DNA of 64,000 nt from Macrostomum lignano (Eukaryota): positions 1-64,000 of the forward strand of contig NIVC01001272.1 in the NCBI GenBank assembly GCA_002269645.1. Direction: 5' to 3'. A program made the position numbers and the translations under genes. Under the pieces are notes generated by a model. The model was not told the origin of the DNA, searched no databases, and saw only the letters and a program-made list of their open reading frames with translations. This document shows, piece by piece, positions 21,904 through 35,674 of this stretch (its first letter is position 1; each line of letters opens with the position of its first letter).

Positions 21904-22873
21904 ATGGAACATCTGACGAAATTTAGTTTCTTAAAAGATAATGTCATAATCGAAATCGCCGCCGAGTCTGAGAACGAAGCCCTGCGGTACCTCGAAAGCT
22001 GCGAATTTAGCACACTAGGAGAGCGCATAGCTATACAGCCTCCCGCGGGATATGAAGACCGACTCCTTGGAGCACGAATTTTTGAAGGTACTTTGGACAG
22101 CGGAAGTACATGTGGAGACAACCAGTCTGCTGTAGCCGTTGACTCTGGAAGTTCTACATCTAATCTAAGGATCTTAGTCTTAAAGCATCTGTTGAAGAGA
22201 AACGTAAACTTGAAACGAAGTGCTTCCTGGCATGTGTATCTAAGCGTAAGAGAGAATTCGAAAGCAAGATCATTAAAAAAAAGTTATTTGGAAGCATCTT
22301 GAAGACGACATGCAAAAGCAAGGATACCAACTACCTGCGGAACAGTGCGAAAACAAGTATAAAGTTTTGAAAAAGAAATATTCTAATTTCATTTTACAGC
22401 AGGCTAAGTCTGGAGAAGGCAAAAAGGAAATTGAATTTCAAAAGGAGTTAGAAGAACTTTTTGGTAAGCATGCTGATGTTGCCCCGAAATTTTTGCTGAC
22501 TGCACAGATGCCTGTGTCACTTGGTGATCAACATTCTATTGGCACACCTAATGCCAATTATTTGAGGTCAGATGCAACATCAACATTGACTTCTAGCCCT
22601 GTACAACAGCAACAAAGTGGCAATGAAAAAAGAGCAACTGACTTTCTAACAGCAGGCAAGCAAAATGTTAAGCAACAAGGAAAGAAAAAAGAAGAGAAAG
22701 AAGCAAGCAATGAAAGAGTTGAAACATTATGTCGAGCAATTTTAGAGAAACTAAATGAGAATCAGCAAGAACATAAGGAAACAAGAAGCCTAATGGAGCG
22801 TCAGCATGCAGAGCGAATGGAGAGACAAGACAGGTTTTTGGAGCTTTTTGCAAAGAGTATTGACAAGAAGTAA
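21904..22873 (+). CDS. Harbinger Myb/SANT-like (trihelix) DNA-binding protein, two apparent -1 breaks
   Basis: ETKCFL...FESKIIKKKVIWKHLEDDMQKQGYQLPAEQCENKYKVLKKKY assembled across the breaks at ~22162 and the A8 run at ~22275-22282; coiled-coil C-terminus. Confidence 0.75.
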
Positions 22874-24379
22874 CTGCTGCCAATTTTTCCTATGGTGTCT
22901 TACTATTACTTTAATGGTAAATGGTTGATTGTAAAAGACAGTTATTTATATAAGAAAAGTGGTAGCCAGTTTTTCCTTTTATTTAGTATTTTAGTTCTTA
23001 CATTATTACCCTTTATAGTGTCATTTATTCTAATCTTCTTCAACGCGTATGCATGCTTGTATTCTTTGGGTCCTCAGTTTTCTTTTTTATTTATTATGTA
23101 AAATATTTTGTCATTTTTGAGATGTGGCAATTTATCTAGCTTAAATTAAAAGCATTTAACATAGTTTTAAAATAAGTATTTCGTATAATTTCAGGCCACA
23201 TTATATATGAACTTACAGAGTAAGACTCACATCATGTTTTTGATATAACATGTCTATAACAAGTGCTAATAGACTTGTAGACTCTTAGAGATTCCTAGAG
23301 AGATAGAATAGCTTTAACAGAATTGAAGAGACTTGACTTGAATAGAATAAAATATAATAGACTTCAGTTAGTTCTTTAAACCTTCAAAAACTTAGTGTTT
23401 AGCTTTAGAGTTAAAATTTATTTTGTTGCATTAATGAATAATGGTTTAATACAGAGATAAATGTACAGGGTATCAGAATAAAAAATAAAAAAAATTACAC
23501 ACATTGATTGTCAACAATGTTTATTGCTACAATTTTCCTTGGTAATAAAGATGTAAAAATGCATAGCAATATATGTTACAATGGCTTACATCAATGCATT
23601 TTTTAAGGTATGTATAATGTGCCATGCATCTGTCTCTCTAAAATATTGTATTGCTTTTGCCATCTTGCTTTTGCCATCTGTATGACTCATATATCTGCTA
23701 ATTTTTTAGTTATAGCTTTTTAACATTGTATAAAAGTGACTATTTGTATAGTACTATACATACAGTAGAAAATGTAGAGTATTGTAGTTAACACAGTTAT
23801 TATATATGCTGGCTCCCATATATAGGGGGGCTTATATGGGAGCCAGTCAAATGGGACTACTAGTAATCATATCTAAAACTAAAAGTTCCAATTTGAGAAA
23901 AAGATATATTATAGAGTGCTTTGAATATGTACTGCCAATATGTATATGGACAATTACATATACAAATTTTTCCACTGCCATATAGATAAGTTCTTTACCA
24001 TTTATATAGTACTATATGAATAGTCACTCCATTCTACCAGTGTATCCTATGAAAATACATTTTCCATTGTGCATTGTTCTATGTGTATCTTTACTTTAAA
24101 AAAACATGATATTAATAAATGGCAAGAAAGTGTTAGGAGAAATGTTACAAGAAGTGTAGCTATTAAAAGCATGGTTAATTTTTTCCATCTTCATAAATGC
24201 ACCTGAAGCAATGTCTTACTGTCTTGTCTTTTTAATTTTTATATAGCAGACAGAAATGTCACTGAGACAGTGACCAGGGATATTCAAAATGCCTGGAGTA
24301 AATGCAATTGCATGAAGTTATCCATTAGGTAAATGAGTGAGTCTATTTTTCAATTACATATCAAGGTGTCTTTTCTAAT

Positions 24380-25965
24380 TCACAAAGACTCTGCAATTGC
24401 CCATCTCTTCTGCTGTGTTGTCTGGTTGTTGTTCTGTGGAGCCAGCTGGTCATCCTGATAGTCATCAATGAGGTCATCAAGGTCTTCTTCAAAGGAGGCC
24501 TCATTCTTCAAAATGCAGATGTTATGCAATGTACATGCAGCAACTATGGTGTAACAAATGGATGGAACATCCCGTTGATAGATATAGCGTAGACGCCGGA
24601 ATCTGGCCTTTAACTGGCCAAAAGCCCGTTCCACAACTTGTCTGGCAACTGATAAGTGCTTGTTGTACTGCTTTTGTACATTACTGAGGTTGCCATTGTC
24701 CACAAAAGGTGTTAGTAGCCCATTTAATAATGGATATGCACCATCTCCAAGTAAATGAAGTCCATACATGTTCTCACCAGTTTGCACTTTTGCAGCAAGC
24801 GGACTATATTGAAATACACGAGCATCATGCATCCGACCAGAGCAACCAACAAAAACATCATAAAATAGAAGATTACGTGAAGCCACTGCTTGCAATGTAA
24901 TTGCCTGGCGATACTTTCTAGTTGTAAAATCAGAAGATGCTGTAGATATTTCAATATGGCTTCCATCAATTGCACCAAGAACATTAGGAAATCCACTGTG
25001 GTAGAGAGTTCCTTCAGCATTTGTATGTGCTTCTAACTCTGTTGGCCATTTTATAAACTGTGATGAGAGTGTAGGAACAATCTTTCTTGGCAATGAATGC
25101 ACAATTTCATTTACTTTACCAGCACTAACATCATAAAGGACTTCCAACTCTGACTGATTACACTGGTGACCAATGTAGTCCAAGAAGATCAGCAGCTGCT
25201 TGTCGCCTAAAAAGAAGAAAAGGAAACTAAGTCAATAATATAATCATTGTGGTAATAAAAAATGACTTATTAACCTTTAGAATGCTTTCTAAAAGGGACA
25301 ACTTATGTTTTTTTCTTAAACACAGGATTCCAAAATCAAATACAAAGTGCCAAAATAAAAAATCAAAAAGCAGTATTGCCACCCAGAAAAGTTGAAAAAA
25401 TATTTTAGACCCCTAAAGTTGCACTTAGAAAAAGTTAGAACTATTTCAATTAGTAGCATAAAGTATATAGCAGTAGAATGATGTACTTAGAAAATTCTTT
25501 TTTCTATATTATGGCATTAGCCATTTACTTATATTTTTGGACTGATGAGTGATTTTCTACAGAACACAGAAACAATCAAAAGTTGCAACTTGCAATAAGT
25601 AGAGCATTAATAAGAGCCTTATTACCTGGTATTCCTTTTGAAGACGTTGGTTCCTCATGTTGGTTCAGCAGCTCATATTTCATCAACTCGCCCAGCACAA
25701 ATTCGAATGCACTTCGCGTGAGTCGGTATCGGCTTCTAAACTCGTCAATAGTAAATAATGGCACCGTATTTACGACAAAACCAGGTACTTTAACCCTATG
25801 GCGCTTCTCCTCGGTCTTGTTATTTAAAGAAGCAATCACAGTTGTAAGGGCTGCTGTTGCTGCCAGGACGTTATCCCTATTAGCTTGGTCTACAAGAATG
25901 GAAGTTTCACTACTGTCTTCAGTAAAAAACAATTGCTGAACTATAAAAGCAGTTGCAGAGTCCAT
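24380..25965 (-). CDS. Harbinger DDE transposase (HARBI1/DDE_Tnp_4-like), 2 exons, 388 aa
   Basis: join(25965-25626, 25206-24380), phase-1 GT-AG intron; GAIDGSHI, GRMHDARVF, LGDGAYP, VERAFGQLKARFRRL motifs. Confidence 0.92.
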
Positions 25966-26411
25966 TCGTTGAATAATTACAACTCTATATGCTTAAGTAT
26001 GTCGCAATTCAATTCTTTTTTGAAATGAGTAATGGAATGACTAAAATGATAATATGTATTCTATAGTTTAGCAACTAAGATCTAAAACCACTAATACTTA
26101 TCTTATTATATACGGACTACGTAGTAAGCCAAAAACTAAGACGTCACTAACGATTGGGTAAAAAAAGAAATAAATCTACTGTCTTAAAAAGCAATACAAA
26201 GCAAAAATTATTAAAGACGACAATAAAATAAATTGAAAATTTACTCGTTGCTATAGATACGAATAAACGGTTCGAGAAATTTTCTCGAACCATATTCCAG
26301 AACCAGAACCTGGTTCCGAACATTGTTCGAAAAACAGAACCATCGATATGAAGAGCGTCGAACCGGTTCGGAACTGGTTCCGTTTTTCGAACCGGCGATA
26401 TGAAGAGGCTC

Positions 26412-26646
26412 TTGGTCTTAGTTCCCGTAGGCTGGGTGGCATTAGCATTATATTATCGCCTCAGATTTCCCTTTGGTAAATAGTTGGCATTGCCATACTG
26501 CTTCTGACCTACTCACCATTATTCAGACTAGCAATTGAGTTGTTAAATTAATAATACGTATATTGGCCTAGGACAAGATCAACACTCAGACTCAGCACGC
26601 GCACGCGCATCAGTCCCATGTTCTCGAACTAAATAAACTCGTCACA
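26412..26646 (+). repeat. 3' LTR, right part
   Basis: Matches the rest of the 5' LTR; one T/C difference at ~26557. Confidence 0.95.
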
Positions 26647-29600
26647 TCATCTTGCGACGTAGGCTTTTTTTCAAAAATTATTTGATATGCTATAGAAGAT
26701 CTTATATCCTTACTTAATTCGGAATAACTTTTTTATGAATTTTTAAACTAGTTGAGCTGAACTATCCTTTATTTCTACACGAAGGTTATTTGCTCGTTTG
26801 TTATACGATGGATAGTAAAATTTTCTTGATCGAAGTAGCAAAATACGAACTGTTTCTTTTGACAATAAACTTAAATTTATACCGATTAATAGTGACAGAA
26901 ATAGCTAAATAATTAATTCTGCATTTGATCTCTGTACATTGTGTGGTATAATATTGTATGACCTTATATTTATAAGATGATAGAGGTCTGTGGTCAACTG
27001 TCTTTAGGCCTAACGATTATTCAAATTTATCATTTTCTTTGTGCTGTCTACATCTTAACAAGCAAACCTAATTTTGCCTCAGCCTACCTACCTATAAATA
27101 TTGTGTTGTGTTTTTGGCCAAACCAAAAGGCTTGTCAAATCAAGTTCATAAAGTGGAGCCTGTTCCTTAGTAACCTATGATGCTATGTACGCAAATGATG
27201 TCATTCTGCTTACAATGACATTAGAAAGCTGGGTTGGAAAAGAGCAATAAAAATTGGACTTTAAATAGGGGAAAACAAGCAAGGGGATAATAGAGACTTT
27301 ATTTTATAAGCTTAAGTTGGCCTTTTATATTGTTAGGCCTTAATTTAATAATGTAGACTATTGACTAGACCTAGGCTATCTAATAAGATATGATTTACAA
27401 AATTATTTATATTTATAATGACATACATGATACATATTAATGTTAATAGTTAGGCCCTAACTTTATTTAATCTAATCTTTGGCCAAAATTCATATTTTCT
27501 AAAATTAGTCTAGTGTACTATTAATTAGGAATTTAAGAGGTTAGTTTATAGAATTTTTTTGCATTTTTTAGGCCTATAATTTTATAATGACTAGGCCTAT
27601 ATATTGGGATTGCCATTAGCATGCCATTGATTAGGCCCTATTTTGTCTATTTATTTTAAATTGCTTTATAATTTATGCTTTGAAAACTTAACCAATTTCT
27701 GTCTAACTTGGCTTTTAGGTAAGCCTATTATTTTTTGCCTTTTATCCCTCAATTTATTGATAGAAATTAAAAAAATTTAATAAAATCTAATAAAATTATT
27801 AAATATCTAATCTTATTTTAATCTTTAATAATTATCTAATTATCTAATAAATTAATAATTAAATTAATGTAACTAACTAAAAAGGCCTATAAATCTTTAT
27901 ATAAAATAATAGCTACCTATAGATTATTTAAAATTGATTTTTATAAGCTTTTATTCTATGTATTTCCTTGAAAAAAATATTCATTTTTTGTTTCTTATAT
28001 ACAGATAATATATTTTTTTTAATAAATTTTGCATTGCAGATGGCATACTTTGCCCAAGAAGTTAAATAATGTCATGCTCCCATCATGTGCACGAGATAAG
28101 GCAATTGCAGCTAATTACAGCAGACTACTAAAGAGATTATGTCAACACAAAGCCTGATGAACATTCATGAGCATTGAGCAGGTCCATCAGGACATCAGCA
28201 AGACAATAACTGGACAAGTGCAGGAACTTCCATTTCTGTATTTCCTGATGCATCTGAGTCATGATGTGGAGGACCATGGCGAAGTTGGCTGCTTTCAGTG
28301 TCCCACCATTTCCTTTTAAGAATAGTGAGTATGCTTAATGCTTAAAGTCAGATATTTCAAGTTAGAAAAATGAAACTTAATTTCTTTCCTGCTGTAAAAT
28401 GATAATGTTCAGCATTGTAGTCCAATTGTCACTAATGTAATGTACTGATAAATTTCATTGCAGCATAATTGCTTTGTCCACAAGCTGTGCATGCAGTGCA
28501 GTTCCATCGCCGGCTCCAGGACCTAGTTCTCTGCAGTCTGAATCGAGGGGGACTTGATGAGAAGGAAATGGTTCGATTTAAGTAATAATTATGCTGCCAG
28601 CATGTTGTAAGGTTTAACTGGAAAATCTGGAGCAATTTCGTTTGACACTGTTTTTTATTGTCCCTTTGACCCTTCTTAGTGAGTAAAATATCTGCACTTC
28701 AAAAACATTTGTCTTTAAGTGTAACTGTGTAAAAATTACTTTTCTGATAATAATAACTAAATAAACCAACAAAAAACCTTTTTTGAATTGAATTATATTG
28801 AATAATTTATAAATTCAATCAAGATATTTAACCAGAGCAAGGTAGCTTATTAATCTTCGTTTAATTTCATCTATAATCTTAGTAAAATTAATTGAATTAT
28901 GATTTCGAGATTCGCACTATATTGAAGGTGCTAAGCAATCTGTAATAGATGGTCGTCGTTTGGTCGCCAGTACGTGAAATTCTGACGTCGCCTGGGGTCG
29001 TAATGGCGACGTCGCCGCGCGCGACAAAATGGCTGGTTTGGCGACGTTATTTTGCGACGTGTTAGCGACGTCGAGGCAACTGCATTGCTTTGACTGGGCA
29101 CTTATACGATATGCTTTTTCATACCATAATTTGATTTAATTTTCATTAACAAATCGCCAGTTTATAGTTTTTATTACAATCGTTTTTGTAAGCCTTAATT
29201 TAGTTATTACATGTACATGCACACATTCAAAAGTATTACACGTACATTTATCAGTTGTATTTACTTAAGTCGTCCCTGTTTTGATAGCACGTACAATTAA
29301 TTTATAGTTACGTACGTATAAATTCACGGAAAAATGTCAACATGGTAGAATTCCGTTAAATTGCGTGAAAAAAATGTATTGGCTGGCGGGAAACTATGCA
29401 ATTGGTGCAGCCGGTGGCTTAATTTTATTTGCATATCTAGATTAACAAAAATACATTTTTGCAAAATGTACAATTACAGTAAATTTTGTCTGAAAAAATT
29501 AAGCACAAGAAAAAATTCTGAAGGCGGCGCATGCAGCTAACAGCTTGAGAAAGAAAGCAATTAATATTGAGTAACAATTTTTTGTTTGAAAAAAATAACG

Positions 29601-30016
29601 CCAAGGCAATAGTGACCAGCTCGGCACAATTCTCTGCTGGTATCTGTGCGGCGGCATATATGATCATGTCTGGCAAAAATCCAAAGAATTAAGGCTGCCC
29701 TCGAGCCAATTATTTGTGAGGCTTTGGAACACGTACGCAGCGAGGGGTTCCCTGAAGAGAAGACGGCCTTTAGTGAGTGGGAATGTTAAAAGCTCCGCAG
29801 TACGGATCCCCAGCTAGTATGATCTTTTGCTTAGGGCCCTTGTTAGGATCTATTGCGCGGCGGCTGTAAAGAGGTAAAATATTGCTAGTCAAAGTCAAAC
29901 TCTGTCTTCTGTTCTGTGTCATATTGCTGTACTAGTACCCAAAACTTGAATGTCAAATTACATGTACATACATTTAATTTTGTTGGGGGTACGATTCTCG
30001 ACCTAACTCGGAACAA

Positions 30017-30218
30017 TTAGCGTCCTTGAGCAAGACACTTAACTCTGCATTGATTCAGTTCACCCAGCTGTAAAAGGGTGCCAGCATTAGCTGGGGTAAT
30101 TGAGGGTGTGTGGCGACCCCCCAGTCCTTGGACTGAACAGCCGTACGCAATAGCTGCGGCTGAGCTGTCGGTTTTATCACCACTCTGATTAACTGCACAT
30201 CTGCCCATTTTAGGCAGG
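30017..30218 (+). mobile_element. CORE-like SINE copy 2 (head truncated)
   Basis: Reverse-complement match to 9771-9960. Confidence 0.75.
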
Positions 30219-31006
30219 TGTTCATGTAATCAATTACGAAAGTATTGTTGAATATCGACAGTTGTACTAATTTTACAACCATTCGGTCTCTTACAAAAAC
30301 ATACAAAAGGCATCATGTAAACACGAAATTTGTGAAATGCAAGTAAACTCGAGATGATACTCCGACGTCGCGAATAAGACGTTAAAAATAAGCCGGAAAA
30401 ATATGGAAATCAATTCAGCGGCCAGCCGCTTTTGGGCCACTTTTGGAATTGAGACAGCCTGATAAGCGGCCTGATAGCGGCTCTTTTGTCGGCACCTGTT
30501 TAAGCATTTTTGTCAGCATGGAATGGAATGCTCTGTACGTACGTGCCACTCACTAAACGAAACAACTAGCTTCGAAAAAGCTAGCCATTCTATAAAGTAA
30601 AAAATTGAAGCCAATATAGTGATTCATAGCAATTGAGATCTCTTTGCTTGCACTGCTGTGCTCAAAAAAGTTCTCTTCCCCACTTAGCACTGAGAGAACT
30701 ACATGGGAAAAGCGACAAAATAAAACAATCTGCTGCAGACCATTCTGAACTGAGTCAGTCGTGTTCTTTAAAATCAAAGTCTGTTCCGATAATTCAGTTG
30801 AAATTTCTGCTTTTCAATGCATGCAATCAAAAGACCTAGGAACAGTGCATCAAATTTCGATTCTAAACTGCGAAATGTTGCTTGTGAGTAAAAACTTGAA
30901 TATTTTGAAAGATTTAAAAGCATTTAACTGAATAGCACTTTGCCATGGCCCATACAAAATCCAACTAGACGTTTATCGACGTCGATGACAAATATGCTCG
31001 TATGGG

Positions 31007-31490
31007 TACTTTTACATGACATCGATACGCTCTAACATGTATGTACTTTAACATGACATCGATACGCTCTAACATGTGTGTACTTTAAAATGACATCGAT
31101 ACGCTCGTACGTGTATGTACTTTAACATGACATCGATACGCTCTAACATGTATGTACTTTAACATGACATCGATACGCTCTAACATGTATGTACTTTAAC
31201 ATGACATCGATAAGCTCGTACATGTATGTACTTTAACATGACATCGATACGCTCTAACATGTATGTACTTTAACATGACATCGATACGCTCTAACATGTA
31301 TGTACTTTAACATGACATCGATACGCTCTAACATGTATGTACTTTAACATGACATCGATACGCTCTAACATGTATGTACTTTAACATGACATCGATACGC
31401 TCTAACATGTATGTACTTTAACATGACATCGATACGCTCTAACATGTATGTACTTTAACATGACATCGATACGCTCGTATGTACTTTTAA
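31007..31490. repeat. 37-bp tandem repeat (TACTTTAACATGACATCGATACGCTCTAACATGTATG) x~13
   Basis: Direct periodicity with no spacers. Confidence 0.95.
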
Positions 31491-32094
31491 CATACGTCGG
31501 AGGAACGACGGTGTAATGTAAAAGTACAACCAGGTTGATAAAAGTCTAATCGATGAGATAGCTCGTAATTACTAGCTATTCTCTCTTAGGCTACAAGGCA
31601 AGCTGTTAAAGGCTCTCTTTTATTTTAACCAAGCATCCTGGCCACAGAAATTTCTGATAATCGGTGCTGAATTTTAATAGACTTATCCAATTTATTGACT
31701 TTTATTGTCTATCACCCAGTCAAGGACCACTAGAAGATTATACCTTACTTTAGTAGACCTTGGGCCGATCTCAGCTCTATAGCAGTAGCTTCTGCTGGAT
31801 TCTCCACCTGAAAAAGTTTTGTACTGAAAAAATGAAAACCTTCTAAAATTTTGTTAGAAACAGTTTCCTGTCCTTCTACTTAAGTAGTCCTTGAGTAAAA
31901 ACATTGAACGCCCTCGTGGTTATTTGAAACTCAAAAAAGCCTCGGCTACCACGTCAAATTCACGAATAAAGAAATTGTTAAACTATCTGTACCTACTGTA
32001 CTAACACGCAGTTTCATTTGGATCTTCCTGACCGATGTTTTACTTAACATTGCTGATGTTATGTACGCAAATGAGTGATTTTTCACCTGCCAAT

Positions 32095-33110
32095 GCCAGG
32101 CAGCGGACTCAATGGAGATGCCGCTGCTGTCCGTGCTGGGCCCGGAGCTCCGCTGACCTCAGCTCAGGTGGCCGGCATCACCGTGTAGGACAAGTGAGGT
32201 CGCTGGAACGTGCTCGCCCTCAGCCTATGTACTCTGCTAATTCGCGCTGAACTTTTTTGGCACCTTGGCCTTCTTGTTATAGTGGGCTCTACATCGGCGG
32301 TGCAGCCTCCTTCTCCCCCTGCTGTCTCAGTACCTGCCGCAGCGGCACCGCGACAAGGCGCTCATCCTCTTAAACCTCTTCTTAGGTTTTCGATCCACCT
32401 TTAAGATCCTGCTGGCTTTACCTGGTGCTGCCGACTTTGGGCTGGAGATACTTGTTGGCCTTTTCTTCACTGCCACTTAGGGTTAGCGATTTTTCTCAAA
32501 CAATTTCTTTTTAAGTTAGGTATTAAGAGCCATATAGATTGTATGAACTACTTTGGTCTGCCCTGGATGGATCTAAAATTAAGCTTTTATGCTGCTTGTT
32601 CTATAGCTGCTAGTTATATTGCTACTGAATAAGGAGTTTTTCATTTTGACTCCTTTAAACCAACGTTTTTTATCCTGTGCTGATTACAATAACGCCAAGC
32701 TTTTGAAACTTTTCAGTGCAGCATTATTGCTAGCTTCTGGACAGGCAAATGAGGCAGTTAGGAGACAAAATAACAAAAGAGAAATGACCGACCGTTAATG
32801 AAGGGACGGCCGCCAGGTATCTCTGAGGTGAGTTCCCTGTTGCACCTGTCCTACCACCGAACAACGCTAATCCTCCTCTGCCGGAGGTTCGGCATTGCCT
32901 TCGCCTACTACGACATCGTGCTTGTCAGCTCGGAGATGTCACAACTGCGTCAGCACTGCGACCAAGATCCAGGATTGCTGCCAGGGTTGGAGAGCGTTGA
33001 GCGGAATATTACAAAGCTATGACGTTGGACTCTGACGATCAACTACCTGCTCATGGGGGGATGTTCTTTGGCCTGATCTGCCTCTTCTTAGCCTGGTCAA
33101 ACGATTTAAT
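32095..33110 (+). pseudogene. SVOP/SV2-related MFS transporter pseudogene fragments
   Basis: Segments ADSMEMPLLSVLGPELR, LTSAQVAGIT, LLSQYLPQRHRDKALILLNLF, LVLPTLGWRYLLAFSSLPL and YHRTTLILL..FGIAFAYYDIVLVSSEM resemble SVOP in the expected order; in-frame TAG/TGA and internal deletions. Confidence 0.7.
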
Positions 33111-33442
33111 ATAATTGACCTAAATGGATGTCAAATTGCATTTAGTTGGAGAGGACCCTCGACCGGACCTAATCAAAAACCATTTTATGCCTATTCCCTT
33201 AGTTCTGGTTCCGTTTAAAAATACATGTTTTGTTGTGATGCTTGTGACATGCCCTGAAGATGACGGTTTACGTCGAAACAGGCTCGCTTTAAGCATAGTT
33301 GTTTTGGTATTCCTTTTTATATTGTAAGATTTTAAGTAGAGCAAGTTTAATTAAAAAGGTAGGACCATAACTACGTACATATAATCATTTTAAAATACAT
33401 TTTTCACTTTTCCCATTCCAGTTTAGCTGATCAAGTTGCATC

Positions 33443-35674
33443 ATGTCTGAACCAGTAAATGAACCTGCAGACTGTGCCAATCCACCTGAAGCTTTTAATG
33501 AGCCAAAAGATGCATTGGCCAATGTTGAGCCCAAAGTAGAGTGCTCATACTCTGTATCTATCAATCCACCCACTGGAGGACTTTTGAGAGTTTTCAAAAC
33601 TGTCAGCTTGTTTGCCAACTTATTTTTTCTTTTGGTAAGTTCCATGCTTAAAAGAAAATTAAAGCTGCTTTCACGAGGCTACCGTCATCTAAATATAGCC
33701 CAGAAACAGCGAAGCAGAAATAACAAAGCAATCACTGCATTGTTCTCGAGTCGCTATATTCAAAACTAAAACATTTTAACCAAATTCTCAGCCTGCCTGC
33801 AAGCAAACCAACGCCGCCCTGGTCGATTTGGCCAGCTTGTACTCCGTATCCTTGGCCGCTATCAGCGTCTACCAGCCTGTCAACTGCATCTCCTACATTT
33901 CTGGCACATGGATTGGCAGTCTCGTCTACTCTCGGGTGAATTCTTTCGGCTTGCTGACTGCATTTTCTGCCCTATTAATGGCTGGCCTCGCCATGTGCAG
34001 CTTCATGCCGAACGTGCTGCTCTTCTTTGGTGCGTCCGGTCTCGGGGCTGTCGCTGAAGGCGCAATCGACACGAGTTAGTGTTGGATTACTTTGTTGGAA
34101 ACTGTGTAGCCAAGAAGTTCTTATTATTTTGAGACTTTTTATTTAGCATATGGGTCTCCTAATTACAAAAATTATAATCTCAGAGATTTTATTAGTCCGT
34201 CAAATTGGCAGTCCAAGTGAATTTCTGGTACAGCATTCCCATGTGGGCGAGGTCGGCCGATGTTTTCGGCGTCTATCGACGTCACTCACAGATATGTAAA
34301 CTGTACTTTTATGTCTGTGCAAAATTGAAGTTCCAACTTCTGACTTCTGACAAATTCCAACTTCTGACAACTTCAGGACCGATTTCTGAGTTCTTAGTAC
34401 TTTTTGTTCACTAGTCTTAACCGCCGAGCCAAAACCTCACATGTCGACACGCACGTTCGAAGTTCTTTTTTAACAAGGATGTTCGTAAATCAAGAGTCAG
34501 TGTCACTATTCTGTTCTCCACCTTTTTAGTTGCCAATTCGCACTTCTTGGCTATGTGGGAGGGTCACCGAATTCGCGACTCGATGCTGCAGGGCCTGCAC
34601 GCCGCCTGGTCCGCTGGTGTCATGGGACTTGGCGCTGCGCTCAAGTCTTTCCTGGATCCGAACCTCACATCAATAAAAGCCAACGCGTCACAGCTGGCAT
34701 CAGATGACGCCCAGCTGCCGCCTTATTCTGGGCGCGTTCAGTTTGCCTACATCCTGTTCGCTAGCCTGGGTGTGATCCCGCTCTGCTCTCATATTGGCCT
34801 CCTAGTCTGGGATCGATGCGGCCCCACAACGAGGCCCAGGCGGCGGTCCGCAGACGTCCTGGCATCCGAGGATGGCAAGAGCGGCGGCCGCACCAAACGT
34901 CTGCTTGCCGGTAGACCAGCGCTAATCATGGTTGCGTTCGCTGTGTCGATGCGAGTCTTTGACGCGTCCGCCTTTGTCTGCTCGTTCCTGTCCTCATACC
35001 TGTTCTATGGCCTGGACTGGTCCACGCCGGATGCTTCTGCAGCATTTTCTGTCTTCTTCGCTGGCCAGTTTAGTGGCCGTCTGCTCAGCGTTATTGTGTC
35101 CGTGTTTGTCAGGCCGCTGCACATTCTGCTGGCTAACGGCTGTCTAATTGTGCTGGCTGGCATTGTGCTGGGGCTGTTCGGCCGGACTTATGGAGTAAGC
35201 TGGGGATTCTGTCTGGTTGTTGTATCTATGCCGCGCAAAGTCAGTAGATGACTAGAAATTCAATCGCTAGAGAGAATTTTGGACTGACTACTATCCTTTC
35301 ATTGGTCTCCAACCATTTCCTACAACCCACCGCAGATTCCGTACATAACTTCTTTTGCAATGGGCGTCGGAAGTTCGAGCAGCTTACCCTGTGCGTTTCT
35401 GTGGCTGTCCGAGTTCCTGCCCATCAGTGGCCCTGTGTCGGCGTCGCTATTTCTAAGCGATATAGTGTCGCTGCTGTCTCCGGTTTTTGGTTACGTCATT
35501 GAAACCAAATGGCCAGCGTTTTTTGTTTGCTTCATCGGTGGGTCCGGTGCACTCAGCCTCTGCTCTCTGGCTGTGGGCCACTGGGTTGGGCTGCGGCTGC
35601 TGGCTGCGGTATCCGACGCTGACTCCGAGGAGCAGAGAGAGCTAGATGACGCGACTCTTGCTATCCAAGCTTAG
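33443..35674 (+). CDS. MFS transporter, MFSD4/NAGLT1 (FucP-like) family, 4 exons, 492 aa
   Basis: join(33443-33634, 33792-34074, 34530-35194, 35336-35674), phases 0/1/0 consistent; ALVDLA, GAIDTIAN, MLQGLHAAW, GRLLS and SLPCAFLWL motifs. Confidence 0.85.

Larger units (their letters stand above)
21575..26411. mobile_element. PIF/Harbinger DNA transposon, 4837 bp
   Basis: 11-bp TIR GAGCCTCTTCA, 3-bp TSD TTG, GAACC/GGTTC subterminal motifs, convergent Myb-like and DDE genes. Confidence 0.93.
12853..26646 (+). mobile_element. Full-length Ty3/gypsy LTR retrotransposon (3' LTR split by a Harbinger)
   Basis: 453-bp LTRs TG...CA, 4-bp TSD TCAT (12849-52, 26647-50), putative PBS, PPT, gag-PR-RT-RH-INT order; I saw only one LTR mismatch. 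Confidence 0.95.
12748..29098. mobile_element. Non-autonomous CMC/EnSpm-type DNA element (~2.55 kb once nested elements are removed)
   Basis: CCC...GGG termini, imperfect TIRs sharing AAGCAA.GCAGT and GCCTCGACGTCGCTA, GCGACGTC-rich subterminal arrays at both ends, 2-bp TSD CA (12746-47, 29099-100). Confidence 0.65.

Noticed and set aside
28040-28660. Exon-like segments inside the non-autonomous CMC element
   Set aside because: All frames I read are interrupted by stops and show no recognisable motif.
30949-31006. 58-bp CCCATAC...GTATGGG mini inverted-repeat element
   Set aside because: Flanks (GG/TA) give no TSD and the IR is only 7 bp.
31007-31490. 37-bp repeat resembling a CRISPR repeat length
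   Set aside because: Units are head-to-tail with no unique spacers, there are no cas genes, and the context is eukaryotic.
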